NCBI GenBank assembly: GCA_965203905.1
Contig: CBDBDQ010000005.1
Location: 6,400,001 to 6,464,000, forward strand
Direction: 5' to 3'
Source of the DNA: Spirochaetia bacterium
GTDB taxonomy: Bacteria; Spirochaetota; Spirochaetia; SZUA-6; Bin103
Length of the DNA stretch: 64,000 nucleotides
The position numbers and the translations under genes are program-made. Positions 8,092 to 17,840 of this stretch are shown one piece after another (position 1 is the stretch's first letter; each line of letters opens with the position of its first letter). Below the pieces are notes generated by a model, which was given only the letters and a program-made list of their open reading frames with translations, was not told where the DNA came from and made no database searches.

Positions 8092-11000
8092 ATGGAACAC
8101 CTGCCGCTGATCGACGTCGCCGAGCCGGAGCGCATTGCGGCCCTGTTGGAGGATCCCGACACGTTCAGCTTCCGCGCCGACGCCGCCGAGAACCTGGACG
8201 GCCTGGTGCCGGACATCGGCCTGACCGGCAAGTATCCCTACCGCAGCGTGTACCGGCCGCGCAGCTTCGTCCGCGCCGGCCTCCCGGCCACCCTCACCCA
8301 CCGCTTCTGGGACACCCTCGACGGCTCCGGCGACCACACCGGCCGGCGCTGGATCGGCGTGCTGATGTACGACGAGCACGGCTTCGACTGCCGCCTGGAG
8401 GTCACGCTCGGCGCCGATCCCATCGGCTGCATGGTGCCGTTCCGCCACGACAACCGCCGTCACCTTTACGTGCTCGATCGCCCGGTGCAGTTCATGGGTG
8501 GGATGGAGGTGCTGCGGATCTCGGGGACCGGAGACGCCGGGTACCGCCTGGAGCACGTGGTGCTGCTCAAGGAGCGCCCCGCCGCCACCAGCTACCAGCC
8601 GCGCATCGAGCGCTTGACCGCGCGCCTGCGACGGCGGCCGGACGGTGGGTTCGCGGTAGCGGTCGACGCGGTCTCGCGACCCGCCACGCGCTGCAGCGTA
8701 ACCCTGTTGCACGGCGCCACCGGGGCTGCCGTGGCCAGCACGCAGGAAGGTGAGCATCTGAGCCTGCACGCCGTCGACCTGGAGCCGGTGCCGGTGCCGC
8801 CGGCGGCCGGGTATCGGGCCCGCATCGTCGCCACCGAAGCCGGCGGCAGGCAGGAGACGGCGGAAGTCGCCGTGGCAGGCCAGCCGGACGCCGCCGCGGC
8901 CGCGCTGTCCATTCCCATGGAGATCACCAACCTGGCCGGCGTCGCGCTCTCCGGTCTTCCGGCCACCTTCGGCCTGCCGGTGCCGCCCGGGCACCTGTTC
9001 GGGCCCACCACGGGCCGCTGGGAAGTGGGACACGCGACCACGCCGGTGCAGTGCCGCCCGCACGGCTTCCGCCCCGATGGCTCGGCAAGCTGGGTCCTGG
9101 TCGACGGCTGTCCGCCGGTGGCACTGGAGCCGGACGCAAGCCGCACCGGGACGGTGGTCCTGAGCCCCTCCACGCCGGCCTCGCCTCCGCCCGACGGCCT
9201 GCACTGCTCGGTCGACGACCACGCGGTGACGGTCACCGGGGAGGGCCTCCGGGTGCGGATGACCGCGGGCGACGGGCCACCGCTGCCGGTGGTCGAGACC
9301 CGGACCGGCGCTGGTGGATGGCGGCCGGTGTACCGCCGGAGCAGTGCCGCGCTGACGCTGGGCCACGGCGAGGAGCTGCGCCGGGGACCGATTCACGACC
9401 TGGTGCTGGAGGAGGCAGGCTGGCAGCGCGCCGTGATCCGCTATCGCTTCGCGCACCTCGACGCCGACGGAACCCCGCACCTGCGCAGCACCATCCGGGT
9501 CCACGTCTACCGTGGCCGGCAGGCGCTGCGCATCGTGCACCGGCTGGAAGTGAGCTCGCCGCACCTGCCGCCGGCCGCCGGCGGCACCGCGGCTGCGATA
9601 CCGGAACACGCCCGCACCATCCGCCGGGCGATCGCCGGCAGCGACGGCGAGCAGGCGACCCTGCTGACGCTACGCAGCGCGACGCTGGGCATCAGCCGCG
9701 GCCCCAATGGCACCAATGGCGCGGTGTACTGGCCCGGCGGAGCACCCGAGGGCACGGCGCTGGCGGAGGGAAGCGAGGTGCGTCTGGTCCACGACCACGA
9801 TCAAGGCCACCGGGTCGAGACCGGGGACGCGGTACGGGAGGTGGCGCGGCGGATCCCCGGCCACGTTACCGTGACGGGCGACGTGGCGCGCGGACAAGGT
9901 GGAGAGCCGCTCAGCGTCGCGCTGCGCCGCTTCTGGCAGACCTATCCGCGCGCGGTGCGGGTCAGCAACGACGAGATCGTGGTCGAGCTGCTGCCACTCC
10001 CGGCGCCCGGCGGCTCCCCCCGCCCGGGCGACGAAGAGAGCTGGCACCGTATCTACTTCTGGCTCGGGCAGCAGGGCTACCTGCTCAAGGCCGGGATGGC
10101 GCTCAGCAGCGAGATTCTGCTGACGTGGGGGCCGCGCGACGAGGCGTTGCTTGCCTGGTTCGAGGAGCCGCCGGCGGTACGGCCGGCGCTGGAGTGGCTC
10201 AACGCCTGCAACGCGCTCGCCCCGCTGGCGGCCAAGGACACCGGGGTGCTGGATCGCTACGAACGGACGCTGGGAGGCGGTTACGAGCAGTGGATCGCCG
10301 ACCGCGAGATCCGGCGCCAGTACGGCTGGCTCAACTTCGGCGACTGGTACGGCGAAAGCGCCTGGTCGTGGGGCAACAACGAATACGATCCACCGTTCGC
10401 CCACTACTGCGAGTTTCTGCGCGGCGGCGATCCCCGCTGGTTCACCCTCGGCGCCGAGGCCGCGCGCCATCTGACCGACGTCGATACCATCAACTTCTCC
10501 ACCGATTCGACGCAGGTGGGCGCCCAGTACACCCACATGCCGGGACACGCCGGCGGCTACCTGCCCCCTTACTTCCGCAGCAAGATGGGCGGCTCCAGCA
10601 GCGTGCCGTCGCACACGTGGGTGGAGGGTTCGGTGCTGCACTACCTGCTGACCGGGGACGAGAACCTGCGCGAGTCGCTCGACCGAACCGCGCAGTGGCT
10701 GATCGCGAGCGGGCTGAAGGACTACGCCGGCGGCATCCAGCACTACGACTTCGCCAACTGCCGCGAGTGCGGCTGGCACCTGATCCACCTCACCGCCCTG
10801 GCGCGCATGAGCACCACGCCGCGCTACCTCAACGCCGCCGCCCTGATCGTGGAGCGGGTGCTGGAGCGGCAGGAGCCCGGTGGCGGCTGGGAGCGCGTGC
10901 TGAAGGAGGGACACTGTGGCTGCGAACCACCGCGCGAGCGGGGCGAGGCGGGGTTCATGGTGGGGGTGCTGCTGTCGGGCCTGCGCCGCTACCACGAGCT

Positions 11001-11346
11001 GACCGGCGACGAGCGCGTGCGGGACGCGATCCTGGGCGGGGCCGACTGGTTGTTGCGCCGCACCTACGATGCCGCCAGCGGACACTTCCGGTATACCCCG
11101 TGCCTGCACCGCGGCGGCGGTCCGCAACCGGTGTACACGAGCCAGGTGATCGAGGGCCTCGCCTACGCTCACGCCCTCACCGGGCGCAGCGATCTGCGCG
11201 ACCTGGTACAGCGCGGTCTGGGCGACGTGGGCGCCCTGCCAGAGGCCTCGCCGGAGCCGGACCACGCCGGCTTCGGCAAGGATTGGGCCAGCCAGACCCG
11301 CTACGTGCCCAGCCTGCTGGCGTACCTCACCCGGCGGCCGGACTGA
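8092..11346 (+). CDS. Large PcRGLX/YetA-like (PL26-related) lyase or hydrolase with a RIFT-like barrel and an (alpha/alpha) toroid
   Basis: RBS AAGGAG; 'PATFGLPVPPG', 'PVQC...PDGSASW', 'YGWLNFGDW...WGNNEYD'. Confidence 0.65.
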   Translation: MEHLPLIDVAEPERIAALLEDPDTFSFRADAAENLDGLVPDIGLTGKYPYRSVYRPRSFVRAGLPATLTHRFWDTLDGSGDHTGRRWIGVLMYDEHGFDCRLEVTLGADPIGCMVPFRHDNRRHLYVLDRPVQFMGGMEVLRISGTGDAGYRLEHVVLLKERPAATSYQPRIERLTARLRRRPDGGFAVAVDAVSRPATRCSVTLLHGATGAAVASTQEGEHLSLHAVDLEPVPVPPAAGYRARIVATEAGGRQETAEVAVAGQPDAAAAALSIPMEITNLAGVALSGLPATFGLPVPPGHLFGPTTGRWEVGHATTPVQCRPHGFRPDGSASWVLVDGCPPVALEPDASRTGTVVLSPSTPASPPPDGLHCSVDDHAVTVTGEGLRVRMTAGDGPPLPVVETRTGAGGWRPVYRRSSAALTLGHGEELRRGPIHDLVLEEAGWQRAVIRYRFAHLDADGTPHLRSTIRVHVYRGRQALRIVHRLEVSSPHLPPAAGGTAAAIPEHARTIRRAIAGSDGEQATLLTLRSATLGISRGPNGTNGAVYWPGGAPEGTALAEGSEVRLVHDHDQGHRVETGDAVREVARRIPGHVTVTGDVARGQGGEPLSVALRRFWQTYPRAVRVSNDEIVVELLPLPAPGGSPRPGDEESWHRIYFWLGQQGYLLKAGMALSSEILLTWGPRDEALLAWFEEPPAVRPALEWLNACNALAPLAAKDTGVLDRYERTLGGGYEQWIADREIRRQYGWLNFGDWYGESAWSWGNNEYDPPFAHYCEFLRGGDPRWFTLGAEAARHLTDVDTINFSTDSTQVGAQYTHMPGHAGGYLPPYFRSKMGGSSSVPSHTWVEGSVLHYLLTGDENLRESLDRTAQWLIASGLKDYAGGIQHYDFANCRECGWHLIHLTALARMSTTPRYLNAAALIVERVLERQEPGGGWERVLKEGHCGCEPPRERGEAGFMVGVLLSGLRRYHELTGDERVRDAILGGADWLLRRTYDAASGHFRYTPCLHRGGGPQPVYTSQVIEGLAYAHALTGRSDLRDLVQRGLGDVGALPEASPEPDHAGFGKDWASQTRYVPSLLAYLTRRPD

Positions 11347-12433
11347 CGCTGCCGCCCGAGGTCGGCGGGGTCGCCCACGGGCCGGGGTGGCGGAACGCCG
11401 CGGCGTAGCGCTCGCCGCCCGCGACCTCCACCCAGCCGCCGGCGGCGATGGAGTCGATGGCGGCGCTGAGCAGGGCGAACACCTTGAGGTTGTTGCGACC
11501 GCTCCAGGGCGGCTCGGCGCCGCCGCCCAGGTACTGGTGCCAGACGTCGAAGAACTGCTCGAACGGATCTCCCGTGCCGAGGCCGGCGTCCAGGTCCTCG
11601 CGCCGTTCGAACTTCCCGCCACGGGCCGCGAACTCGTACTCCATGTAGTCGTTGCTCATGTGGATTCCGCGACAGCGCAGCACGCCGCGGGTCCCCTCGA
11701 TGCGCAGCTCGTAGTGGTCGCTCTGGGACGAGAAGCCGCCGTGATAGAGCACGTGCAGACCGCCCGCGCACTCGATCAGGGCGTTCACCATGCACGGTCC
11801 GGCATACACCGACCAGGAAGGGCGGAAGCCGTCGCAGCAGAGGCGCAGCGGCACGGCGGCCGGGAAGATCGCCATCAGGCTGTCGAAATGGTGGCACGCC
11901 ATTTCGTACAGCGCCGGCTGGTCGAGATCGGTCAGGTTGAGCGCCCGGTGGCGCGGCTTGGAGTTGAGCAGGGTCACGCTCTCCGGCGTGCCCAGCTCGC
12001 CGGAGGCCACGAATCTCGCCACGGCGCGGTAGTGGCGGTTGTAGCGCACCTGCTGCCCCACGGCGAGGGAGCGTCCGGCCGCCTCGGCCTGCTCCACCAG
12101 GCGCACCGCGTCGGCGAAGCTGTTGCTGATCGGCTTGGCCACGAGCACGTCGAGACCCGCCTCGAGGCTGCTGCGACACTGTTCGTAGTGCCACTCCGAC
12201 GGGGTGTTGACCAGCGCGGTATCCGCGTCGAGAGCGGCCAGCGCGGCCTCCAGGTCGGTGAACAGGGCACCGTCCGGCACTCCCAGCAGCCGCCGGCCCA
12301 GCTCCAGGGCATCGCGCCGTACGTCGACGACACCCGCGATGGTAGCCCACGGCCGGCGCGCCAGCGCCGGCACCACGACGCGGGCGATGCCGCCCATGCC
12401 GACCGCGATGCACCTGCGCGGTGCATGACTCAT
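11327..12433 (-). CDS. Gfo/Idh/MocA family oxidoreductase
   Basis: VGMGGIA, NTPSEWH, VLVAKP, EMACHHFD. Confidence 0.85.
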   Translation of the reverse strand: MSHAPRRCIAVGMGGIARVVVPALARRPWATIAGVVDVRRDALELGRRLLGVPDGALFTDLEAALAALDADTALVNTPSEWHYEQCRSSLEAGLDVLVAKPISNSFADAVRLVEQAEAAGRSLAVGQQVRYNRHYRAVARFVASGELGTPESVTLLNSKPRHRALNLTDLDQPALYEMACHHFDSLMAIFPAAVPLRLCCDGFRPSWSVYAGPCMVNALIECAGGLHVLYHGGFSSQSDHYELRIEGTRGVLRCRGIHMSNDYMEYEFAARGGKFERREDLDAGLGTGDPFEQFFDVWHQYLGGGAEPPWSGRNNLKVFALLSAAIDSIAAGGWVEVAGGERYAAAFRHPGPWATPPTSGGSVSPAAG

Positions 12434-12476
12434 CGGGCGCCTCCGCTGCCGTGGCGCCGCACTTCGCGCTTGCGTC

Positions 12477-14516
12477 TCATGCTGCCGATTCTCCTTTGCC
12501 GAGCAATTCGTACAGCCGGTGATAGAGACCGCCGGCGGCGAGCAGCTCGGCATGGGTGCCACGTTCCACCACCCTGCCACGATCCAGCACCAGGATCATG
12601 TCGGCGGCCAGGATCGTGCTCAGGCGGTGGGCGATGATGATCGCCGTGCGGCCGGCGATCACCCGCAGCAGGGCCTCCTGGATCAGGGCCTCGGAGTGGG
12701 TATCGAGATGGCTGGTCGCCTCGTCCAGGATCAGGATGCGCGGATCCTTGAGGATCACCCGGGCGATCGCCAGGCGCTGCTTCTCGCCGCCGCTGAGACG
12801 GTAGCCGCGCTCCCCTACCACGGTCTCGTAACCGGCGGGCAGAGCGGCGATGAAGTCATGAATGTTGGCCGCGCGGCAGGCGTCGTGGATGCGGGCGTCC
12901 TCTGCGGTCGGGTCCGCGTACTGCAGATTGGCACGCACCGTGTCGTGAAACAGGTAGGGCTCCTGGAGGACCATCCCGACCTGCGCCGCGAGCGAGTCCA
13001 GGGTCAACGCCCAGATGTCGTGGCCGTCCACCAGGATGCGGCCGCGGGTAGCGTCGTAGAGCCGCGGCACCAGGTAGGTGAGCGTGGTCTTGCCGGAGCC
13101 GCTCGGACCCACCAGGGCCACCGTCTGTCCCGGCTCCACGACGAAGCTCACCTCGTCCAGCGCCCAGGCGCGGGCCTGGTGCCGTGCCGGCAGCCCGCGG
13201 CCGGAGCCCGGCGTGGCGGGTGCTGCCGCGGCCCCGGCCGGCCGCGCCGCTCTTCCGCCACCACCGGCGGCGCGAGCGGCAGCGTTGCGCCGCCCGCCCC
13301 AGGCCGCGCCGTTGCCGTCCGCGCGCCCCGCGGTGAACGCCATGTCCTCGGCCCGCGCCGCGCGCTTCGCCTCACTCAGCAGCAGGCGGCGGTCCGGCGC
13401 GTAGCGAAAGCTCACGCCCCGGAACTCGAGCCTCCCGGTGGCGTCCAGCAGCGGCCTGGCGTCCACCGCCTCCTCGATGTCCACGGGCAGGTCGAGCACC
13501 TCGAACACCCGCTCGAAGCTCACCAGCGACTGGGCCACCACCACGGGCACGTTGCTGAGGGAACGCAGCGGGCCGTACAGCTGCGTGAGGTAGCTGCTGA
13601 ACGCCACCACCGTACCGATGGTCAGCGCCCCGCGGATCACCAGGTGGCCGCCCACCAGGTAGATCGCCGCGGTGCCGACCGCCGTGGCGATGCCCATGAA
13701 GATGAAGAAGCGGCTGCCCACCACCGCCTGCCGAATGCTCCCTTCGCGCACCTCCCGTGCCTGGTCGCGGAATCGCCGCTGCTCCTCCTGGCGCCTCCCG
13801 AACAGCTTGACCAGCAACATGCCGCTGATGTTGAGGGTCTCGTTCATGATCGCCCCCAGGCGCGCGTTGCGCTCCATCAACTGGCGCGAGACCTGGCGCA
13901 GGGTCTTCCCGAAGCGCCGTCCGAGGAACGCGAATGCCGGCAGCACCAGCAGTCCGAGCACGGTCAGGCGCCACTCCAGCGCCAGCATCACCGCCACCGT
14001 GGCCGACACCGAGATGACGTTGGTGGTGACGTCGACCATGGTGTTGGTGACCGCGTTCTGGGCGCCGACGACGTCGTTGTTGAGCCGGCTCACCAGCTCG
14101 CCGCTCTTGTTGGCGGTGTAGAAGCGCAGCGACATGCGCTGCAGATGCGCGTACAGGGCGCAACGGAGGTCGAAGATGATGCCGGAGCCGATGGCCGCGT
14201 CCAGCGTCCGCTGCAATATGCGCAACACCGCGCCGACCACGGGGATGGCGACCAGCGCCGCGGCCAGCAGGTTGAGCCGCACCAGGTCACCCGCCGGCAG
14301 GGTGCGGTCGATCAGGTCGCGGAAGATCAGCGGCGTGAGCAGCCCCAGGCCGATGGTCGCCAGGATGCACAGCAACAGCAGGACGATTCTCCCCCGGTAC
14401 GGCCGGGCGTAGCCCAGCACCCGCCGCAGCAGCTCCCGGCTCACCGTGGGCCGCGCGCCCTCGTCGCCATACCGCATCAGGTAGCCCATGCCGCCGCCTC
14501 GGTACATGGCGACCAT
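12477..14516 (-). CDS. ABC exporter, fused permease/ATPase (MsbA-like)
   Basis: TM domain; GPSGSGKT, LSGGEKQR, ILDEATS, IAHRLST; low-complexity insert in the NBD. Confidence 0.9.
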   Translation of the reverse strand: MVAMYRGGGMGYLMRYGDEGARPTVSRELLRRVLGYARPYRGRIVLLLLCILATIGLGLLTPLIFRDLIDRTLPAGDLVRLNLLAAALVAIPVVGAVLRILQRTLDAAIGSGIIFDLRCALYAHLQRMSLRFYTANKSGELVSRLNNDVVGAQNAVTNTMVDVTTNVISVSATVAVMLALEWRLTVLGLLVLPAFAFLGRRFGKTLRQVSRQLMERNARLGAIMNETLNISGMLLVKLFGRRQEEQRRFRDQAREVREGSIRQAVVGSRFFIFMGIATAVGTAAIYLVGGHLVIRGALTIGTVVAFSSYLTQLYGPLRSLSNVPVVVAQSLVSFERVFEVLDLPVDIEEAVDARPLLDATGRLEFRGVSFRYAPDRRLLLSEAKRAARAEDMAFTAGRADGNGAAWGGRRNAAARAAGGGGRAARPAGAAAAPATPGSGRGLPARHQARAWALDEVSFVVEPGQTVALVGPSGSGKTTLTYLVPRLYDATRGRILVDGHDIWALTLDSLAAQVGMVLQEPYLFHDTVRANLQYADPTAEDARIHDACRAANIHDFIAALPAGYETVVGERGYRLSGGEKQRLAIARVILKDPRILILDEATSHLDTHSEALIQEALLRVIAGRTAIIIAHRLSTILAADMILVLDRGRVVERGTHAELLAAGGLYHRLYELLGKGESAA

Positions 14517-14590
14517 GATAGGGTGCAGCGGGCGGTACCGTCACGCTGCGGCGCAGCGCTGGCCCGGCGGTGCGTCCCGGAGGTGACGTG

Positions 14591-15343
14591 ATGGCCGAGA
14601 GCGCGCCGCGGGTGGCGCTGGTGACCGGTGCGGGATCAGGGATCGGCCGCGCCTGCGCGCTGGAGCTGGCGGCTGCCGGTGCGGCGGTAGTGGTTGCGGA
14701 CAGCGATGCCGAGGGCGGCGCGGATACGGTAGCTCAGGTCACGGCTGCCGGCGGCCGCGCCCGTTTCGCCCGCTGCGACGTGCGCGAACCCGACCAGGTG
14801 GAGCGCGCGGTGAGCGCGGCGGTGACCGCCTACGGCGAGTTGAGCTGCGCGGTGAACAGTGCCGGGGTAGGCCGCAGCGGCGGCACCCTGGAGGGCGAAC
14901 CCGGCGACTGGCAGCTCACCCTGGCGGTGAACCTGACCGGGGTGTGGCACGCGATGCGCGCCGAGCTGCGGCCGATGCTGCGCCAGCGGCGGGGGGCGAT
15001 CGTCAACGTGGCGTCGATCTACGGACTGGTGGGGTCGGCCGCCAATGCCGCCTACACCGCAAGCAAGCACGGGGTGGTGGGTCTGACCCGTTCCGCCGCC
15101 CTGCAGTACGCCGAACATCACATCAGGGTCAACGCGGTGTGCCCCGGCCACAGCCTGACGCCGATGACCGCGCCGCTGCTGCGCGATGCCGCCTGGCACC
15201 GTGATCGCCTCGCCCGCTACCCCCTGGGGCGGTTCGCGGAGCCCGAGGAGACGGCGCGGCTGGTGAGCTGGCTGTGTTCCGGCGCGGCGTCCTTCGTGAC
15301 CGGCCAGGCGATTCCGGTGGATGGCGGCTACACGGCGCAATGA
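14591..15343 (+). CDS. SDR family oxidoreductase
   Basis: TGAGSGIG, NSAG, YTASK, IRVNAVCPG, VDGG. Confidence 0.9.
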   Translation: MAESAPRVALVTGAGSGIGRACALELAAAGAAVVVADSDAEGGADTVAQVTAAGGRARFARCDVREPDQVERAVSAAVTAYGELSCAVNSAGVGRSGGTLEGEPGDWQLTLAVNLTGVWHAMRAELRPMLRQRRGAIVNVASIYGLVGSAANAAYTASKHGVVGLTRSAALQYAEHHIRVNAVCPGHSLTPMTAPLLRDAAWHRDRLARYPLGRFAEPEETARLVSWLCSGAASFVTGQAIPVDGGYTAQ

Positions 15344-15421
15344 GCGCAATGAGCGCCGCTACGTCGCCGATGCGCTGGCGGTGGAGTATACTTGTCCCGC
15401 CTCGTGGCGCGACCCGCGGAT

Positions 15422-15507
15422 GCCGGAGTGGTGGAATTGGTAGACACTGGGGACTTAAAATCCCTTGGTCCTGACCGACCGTGCCGGTTCGAGTCCGGTC
15501 TCCGGCA
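15422..15507 (+). tRNA. tRNA-Leu(TAA)
   Basis: Acceptor stem GCCGGAG/CTCCGGC, D-loop TGGTAGAC, anticodon loop CT-TAA-AA, long variable arm, GGTTCGAGTCC; CCA not encoded; TATACT -10 at 15387-15392. Confidence 0.95.
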
Positions 15508-15838
15508 ACCTGGCGCCCGCTGCTGCCCCTGAGCACTTGAGCTGGTAGTCGATCGCAGCGCGAAAGCGGGCGTCGGCATCGAGAAACTCCAGGCCGAAGC
15601 CGCTCGCGGTCAGCCCGCGACTGGCGGCAAACGACCGCACCGAGCGCACCGCCCGCGCCCGCGCCGTGGCGAACGGTCCGCCGGCCGTGCCCAGCAGCAC
15701 TTCCACTTCTTCGTCCAGATCGATCAGGGCCAGATCGTCGGCGGCAATGGATACTCCGGCGGTGGACAGGTCGCGGCCCCGGAACTCCAACAGCAGCGTG
15801 CTGCCATCCACCTGGGTCTTGCGCAGGTAGACGGTCAC
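15455..15838 (-). CDS. PilZ-like domain protein
   Basis: DLSTAG (DxSxxG), ARAVRSVR, GFGLEF; 3' end overlaps the tRNA in antisense. Confidence 0.65.
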   Translation of the reverse strand: MTVYLRKTQVDGSTLLLEFRGRDLSTAGVSIAADDLALIDLDEEVEVLLGTAGGPFATARARAVRSVRSFAASRGLTASGFGLEFLDADARFRAAIDYQLKCSGAAAGARLPETGLEPARSVRTKGF

Positions 15839-15854
15839 GCGCCGACGGCACCCG

Positions 15855-16136
15855 CTACTTCGGACGCTGCCAGAAACGGAACTTCTCCACGTAACCGCAG
15901 TCGTCGGGCAGGTAGCGGGAGAACAGGGCGTGGAACAGGGTTACCTGGCGGCACTCGGCGCACTCCTTGAAGCGCGACGTGTACACGGTGCAGAGGTTGC
16001 TGTCCGTGTCCAGAAACCGGCACGGCTGGTCCTTCTTGATGACCAGCTCCCCCGCCACCCGTTCCCGGCGGTAGCAGCAGGCACCGCATTGGGTACAGAT
16101 ATCGTCCCACCAATCGCGCACCGTGGCGTTCGCCAT
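15855..16136 (-). CDS. YkgJ/YcgN family CxxCxxCC Cys-cluster protein
   Basis: WDDICTQCGACC, PCRFLD, CTVY, LPDDCGY. Confidence 0.8.
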   Translation of the reverse strand: MANATVRDWWDDICTQCGACCYRRERVAGELVIKKDQPCRFLDTDSNLCTVYTSRFKECAECRQVTLFHALFSRYLPDDCGYVEKFRFWQRPK

Positions 16137-16217
16137 CGACGCGACTATAACCGATGCGGCGCGCTCGATCCAGCGCGCGCAGCGCCAGGGCCGGCGGTGC
16201 CGCTATAATCGGCCCCG

Positions 16218-17840
16218 ATGCGCGCGCGCGGCATGCCACTGGCGGTCAGCTCGGCACTGCTCCTGGCCCTGGCACTGCCGAACGACCTGTTTCCGCTCGG
16301 CAGCCCGCTGTTTGGCGTGGCCTGTCTGGCGCCCCTGCTGGTCGCGCTCTATCGCAGCCGCAGCTATGGCCATGCCGCGTGGCTGGGGGCGCTCTTCGGC
16401 ACCTGTTCGAGCGTCCTGAGCAACTTCTGGCTGGTGTTCTTTCAAAGCTTCTCGGTGTGGACGCTTGGTGGGGTCACTCTCGCCTACCTTGGCTACCACG
16501 CGCTGCTGGCTCCGATCCTGCGCTACGCGGCCGGCGTGCCGCGCGCCTGGCGGCCGTTCGCGGTGGCCGCGGTGTGGGCCGTGTACGAATACCTCAAGTC
16601 CTCCGGCTACCTGGGCTACCCGTGGGGCCTGGTGGCGTACCCGGTGCACGCCATCACCCCGCTGGTGCAGTTCGTCGAGATCACCGGCGTCTGGGGGCTG
16701 TGCCTGCTGATGGCGATGGTGAACGGCGTGGCGGCGGAGTGGCTGGAGCAGCTCATGCTGGCAGCGCGGCGGGTGCCGGCGCGGCTGTGGCGTGGCAGCG
16801 CGGTGGTCGCCCTCCTGGCGGCGGCCGCCCTCGGCTACGGTGCCGTAGCGCTGCAACGGGAAATCCCCGCCACGGGCGTTGCCGACCTGGTGCTGGTACA
16901 GCACAACGCAAATCCGTGGCTGAGCGGCGACGACGAGGGTACGCTACGGACCCTGGAGGCGCTTACCGCCGAGGGCATCGCCGCCGCGCCGGAAGCCCCC
17001 GACCTGGTGGTGTGGAGCGAGACCGCGGTGCGCTACTGGATGGTGGCACCGCAAGACCCGGACACCGTGGCGCTGGCACCGACGCCCCTGCCGCGGCTCC
17101 AGGTTCCGCTCCTCACCGGCGTGCCGTGGGTGGTGACTCTCGATCCCTTCGCGGCCATGAACGCCGCGATGCTGGTGGAACCGGGCGGCGCAGTGCTCGA
17201 CCACTACGGCAAGCAGCACCTGGTGCCGTTCGCGGAGAGCGTGCCGTTCTGGGAGCTGCCGGCCATCCGCCACTTCTTCAGTCAGGTGATCGGGCTGCAC
17301 GCCGTGTGGGTGCCGGGCGGCAAGGCCACCATTTTCTCGCTGCCCCTGCGCAGTGGCGGCCGGGTGCGCTTCGCGACGCCGATCTGTTTCGAGGATGCGT
17401 TCCCGGACCTGAACCGGCGCTTCATCCGCGCCGGGGCGGACCTGCTCATCAACCTCACCAACGACGCCTGGTCGCAGACCGTGTCGGCGGAGACCCAGCA
17501 CTTCGTCGCCGCCAAGCTGCGCGCCGTCGAGAACCGGCGGGTGCTGATCCGCGCCACCAACGGGGGGGTGACCGCCGCCATCGATCCCTGGGGACGGGTC
17601 ATCGGCGAGGTCGCGCCGCTGTTCACCGCCACCTGGTTGCGCCTGCAGGTGCCCGTGTACCGGCCGTCCACGGACAGTCCCTACACCCGCTTCGGCGACT
17701 ACCTGCCGTGGCTCCTCGGCCTGCTCCTGGTAGCGTTGTTCGCGGTCAGGTGGCGGCGGGACCGGGTACGAAGCGGATGGCGTAGCGGTCGCCATGTCGG
17801 TGCAGGCGACAGCGTGGACCGAACACCGCCTGCAGCGTGA
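16218..17840 (+). CDS. lnt: Apolipoprotein N-acyltransferase (copy 1)
   Basis: GYPW, WSET, KQHLVPFAE, ICFED, NLTNDAW, RAVENRR. Confidence 0.9.
   Translation: MRARGMPLAVSSALLLALALPNDLFPLGSPLFGVACLAPLLVALYRSRSYGHAAWLGALFGTCSSVLSNFWLVFFQSFSVWTLGGVTLAYLGYHALLAPILRYAAGVPRAWRPFAVAAVWAVYEYLKSSGYLGYPWGLVAYPVHAITPLVQFVEITGVWGLCLLMAMVNGVAAEWLEQLMLAARRVPARLWRGSAVVALLAAAALGYGAVALQREIPATGVADLVLVQHNANPWLSGDDEGTLRTLEALTAEGIAAAPEAPDLVVWSETAVRYWMVAPQDPDTVALAPTPLPRLQVPLLTGVPWVVTLDPFAAMNAAMLVEPGGAVLDHYGKQHLVPFAESVPFWELPAIRHFFSQVIGLHAVWVPGGKATIFSLPLRSGGRVRFATPICFEDAFPDLNRRFIRAGADLLINLTNDAWSQTVSAETQHFVAAKLRAVENRRVLIRATNGGVTAAIDPWGRVIGEVAPLFTATWLRLQVPVYRPSTDSPYTRFGDYLPWLLGLLLVALFAVRWRRDRVRSGWRSGRHVGAGDSVDRTPPAA

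Noticed and set aside
15422-15507. tRNA-Leu(TAA) as a bldA-like regulatory tRNA in a GC-rich genome
   Set aside because: TTA codons occur in essential genes in this window (secA GCA-TTA-CAG; gltX ATG-TTA-TCG), so the tRNA is unlikely to be a dispensable switch.
15422-15600. tRNA as an integration site
   Set aside because: No adjacent integrase, and I saw no duplicated tRNA 3' end in the window.
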